Origin: an uncultured Methanosarcinales archaeon
Lineage (GTDB): Archaea > Nanobdellota > Nanobdellia > Woesearchaeales > CAZYIM01
Assembly (NCBI GenBank): GCA_964647565.1
Contig: CAZYIM010000045.1
Span: forward strand, 1 to 16,908
DNA length: 16,908 nt
Direction of reading: 5' to 3'
Positions 15,162 to 16,908 of the stretch are shown here, piece after piece. Below the pieces are notes generated by a model. The model ran no database searches, was not told the origin of the DNA, and was given only the letters and a program-made list of their open reading frames with translations. Each line of letters starts with the position of its first letter. Within the stretch, counting starts at the first letter, position 1. A program made the translations under genes and the position numbers.

Positions 15162-16403
15162 ATGAAAACAATTGAAGAGCTATACGGACCAGTTGACATC
15201 CTCTCAGGTTTTATAAGTCCTGAATTCCAAAGAGGATTTGAATTCTTTTCAAACAAGAAGCTCCTAAAGTATGCCGAAGTAATGGCTCGTGCAATAAGAA
15301 AAAGTAATCGTCAACAGGTTTTGGTCTCAGAAACTGCTGCCAGGCCTCTTGCGTATGTTGTTGAGAAATTGCTGCAGAAGTCATCAGTCCATGTCGACTG
15401 GCAGTACATGAAATTCCCCAGAGAACCAAGAGAAAACATATTTCCCTTGCTCAACTATTATCTTTCAGATCCTGAAAGAAAAGAAGTCGGAAGTGCATTG
15501 GAAAAAGCCTGCGAAAGTGTACCTTCTCCATCTTTATACAATAAAAACAAGTCGCTTCAGAAGATTTTCAAGGAAATAGGAATCAGAGAACAAGACCAGT
15601 GGAAAAAACAGATATCAAATATCTTCGAAAACACAGAAATATCTAAAAAGCTAAGCCAACCATTCATCTACTTTGATGAGTATATCGATTCAGGAACGAC
15701 ACTTCAAAACGCGCAGATGTACTACAGCTATTTCACAAGAAATCCTGATTTTTTAACCATGTCATATTATACTGCTATTGAAAACAGCGTTGATAATGAC
15801 AGAATTCTGCTATCTTTATATGATAAGGATTCAAGACGTGAATGTTTTGAGAATGGTTCATACCCATTTGAGAACAGACTAGATCTGATAGGTTATTGCT
15901 ATTATTATGATAATCAAAGATATTGTAAAGTAACTCTTGAAGAAGTGCAGGGACAATTTGGTAACTCGGAATGTAATCCTACACAACTATTGGAAAGAAT
16001 TGACAGAGTAGTTGAAGAGAACAGCCTGTTGGAGAGTTATAAACAAAACTTCAGCATTCCAGCTGTCAGGAATTATATGGAAAAACCACATCTAATGAGA
16101 CAGTTTATGGTAAGCCTGGAAAAAGAGGCCTATGGCAAAGGCCCTTACTCAGAATACTTGTGGCAATTGGCTGACATGTACGGTCCTGCCTGGACGCCAA
16201 TGCCAAAGGAAAACCATCTTGATTTTTTCAATGGCACCAAGAAAAGCTGGGAACAGATTAAATCAGCCAAAGGATTTGAAGAAGTCAAAGAATTATACCA
16301 TAAGACCAGGCCTGCAATAATGTACCAATCTGCATCTGTATGTCTGGAGAGAAAAAACAACTGGGAATCAGAGATAAAAAATCTTATGGAGGTAAAAAAA
16401 TGA
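15162..16403 (+). CDS. Uncharacterised protein with a type I phosphoribosyltransferase-like PRPP-binding motif
   Basis: FIYFDEYIDSGTTL (15663-15704) matches hhhhDDhhxSGxTh, and upstream VLVSETAARPLA resembles the PPi loop and helix. Large insertion and C-terminal helical extension. Confidence 0.65.
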   Translation: MKTIEELYGPVDILSGFISPEFQRGFEFFSNKKLLKYAEVMARAIRKSNRQQVLVSETAARPLAYVVEKLLQKSSVHVDWQYMKFPREPRENIFPLLNYYLSDPERKEVGSALEKACESVPSPSLYNKNKSLQKIFKEIGIREQDQWKKQISNIFENTEISKKLSQPFIYFDEYIDSGTTLQNAQMYYSYFTRNPDFLTMSYYTAIENSVDNDRILLSLYDKDSRRECFENGSYPFENRLDLIGYCYYYDNQRYCKVTLEEVQGQFGNSECNPTQLLERIDRVVEENSLLESYKQNFSIPAVRNYMEKPHLMRQFMVSLEKEAYGKGPYSEYLWQLADMYGPAWTPMPKENHLDFFNGTKKSWEQIKSAKGFEEVKELYHKTRPAIMYQSASVCLERKNNWESEIKNLMEVKK

Positions 16404-16908
16404 ATCTCGAAAAGATAATTGACATTTCGATGGACTTGAATGAAAAAACTGTTGTCTGGAAGGATGACCAACCCCCCAGGATCAAACCATTAGCAAGAAT
16501 GCCAGACGCTCCATGTAATTTCACATGGCTTGACTTTGGTTCCCACGCAGGAACACATATAGACGCACCGTTTTATCTTTTCAATGATAAATGGACCTCA
16601 GACCAAGTTCCATTTGACAGATTTATCGGTAGATGCCAGGTACTTGATTTGACAGATGTAGACGACATGATAACTATCAAAGATCTCAAGAAACACAAAA
16701 TACGCCAAAAGCATCTGTTGCTTAAGACTAAGAACTCCGATGATCTTATGAAAAACTACAATCCAAAACATGTAGCTCTCAGCAAGGAAGCTGCAGAATA
16801 CCTGATAAGTGAAGGGATCGTATGTCTTGGCTATGATTATCAGTCGTTTGAAAGGGATGGAAGTGTTGAGCTGCACAGGTTATTCATGGAAAAAGATATC
16901 CTCCTGAT
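16400..16908 (+). CDS. Cyclase family / kynurenine formamidase (KynB)-like metal hydrolase, 3'-truncated; absent from the ORF track
   Basis: Manual translation from ATG 16400 (ATGA overlap, GGAGGT RBS): MNLEKIIDISMDLNEKTVVWKDDQPP...GSHAGTHIDAPFY...FIGRCQVLDL...LLLKT...LSKEAAEYL...LGYDYQSFE...LHRLFMEKDILL. The frame is open to the window end. Confidence 0.9.
   Translation, partial: MNLEKIIDISMDLNEKTVVWKDDQPPRIKPLARMPDAPCNFTWLDFGSHAGTHIDAPFYLFNDKWTSDQVPFDRFIGRCQVLDLTDVDDMITIKDLKKHKIRQKHLLLKTKNSDDLMKNYNPKHVALSKEAAEYLISEGIVCLGYDYQSFERDGSVELHRLFMEKDILL

Noticed and set aside
10120..16908. Mobile element or provirus boundaries around the accessory operon
   Set aside because: No integrase, transposase, att-like repeat or tRNA is visible. 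Horizontal origin is plausible but is not shown by this window.

Overview
This is an archaeal chromosomal window, probably from a DPANN or Woesearchaeota-like lineage. The evidence is the Zn-ribbon/aEF-1beta pair, Trm1, TrmB and TATA-box promoters about 23 nt before start codons. The left part (1-10.1 kb) is mostly housekeeping: the 3' end of a very large Cys-repeat surface protein, pyrG, a 57-aa Zn-ribbon gene missing from the ORF track, ef1b, a membrane-anchored hypothetical, trm1, a PhnP-like hydrolase and TrmB. It also holds a 120-bp array of four abutting short-loop hairpins between pyrG and the Zn-ribbon gene. The right part is the highlight. After a bacterial outer-membrane-beta-barrel-like gene, an NrtR-family repressor is transcribed divergently from a tightly coupled operon of at least 7 genes. 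Three GT-N7-AC palindromes sit over the two archaeal promoters. The operon encodes a Nudix hydrolase, a divergent GTP cyclohydrolase II-like enzyme, a viperin-like radical SAM enzyme, a thymidylate-kinase-like kinase, an orphan TrpF-like isomerase, a large PRTase-motif protein and a KynB/cyclase-family formamidase (cut off by the window edge). I do not recognise this combination as a described pathway. It looks like a nucleotide-remodelling system, either modified or antiviral nucleotide synthesis or damaged-nucleotide catabolism. All family calls are by-eye motif recognition; no searches were run.
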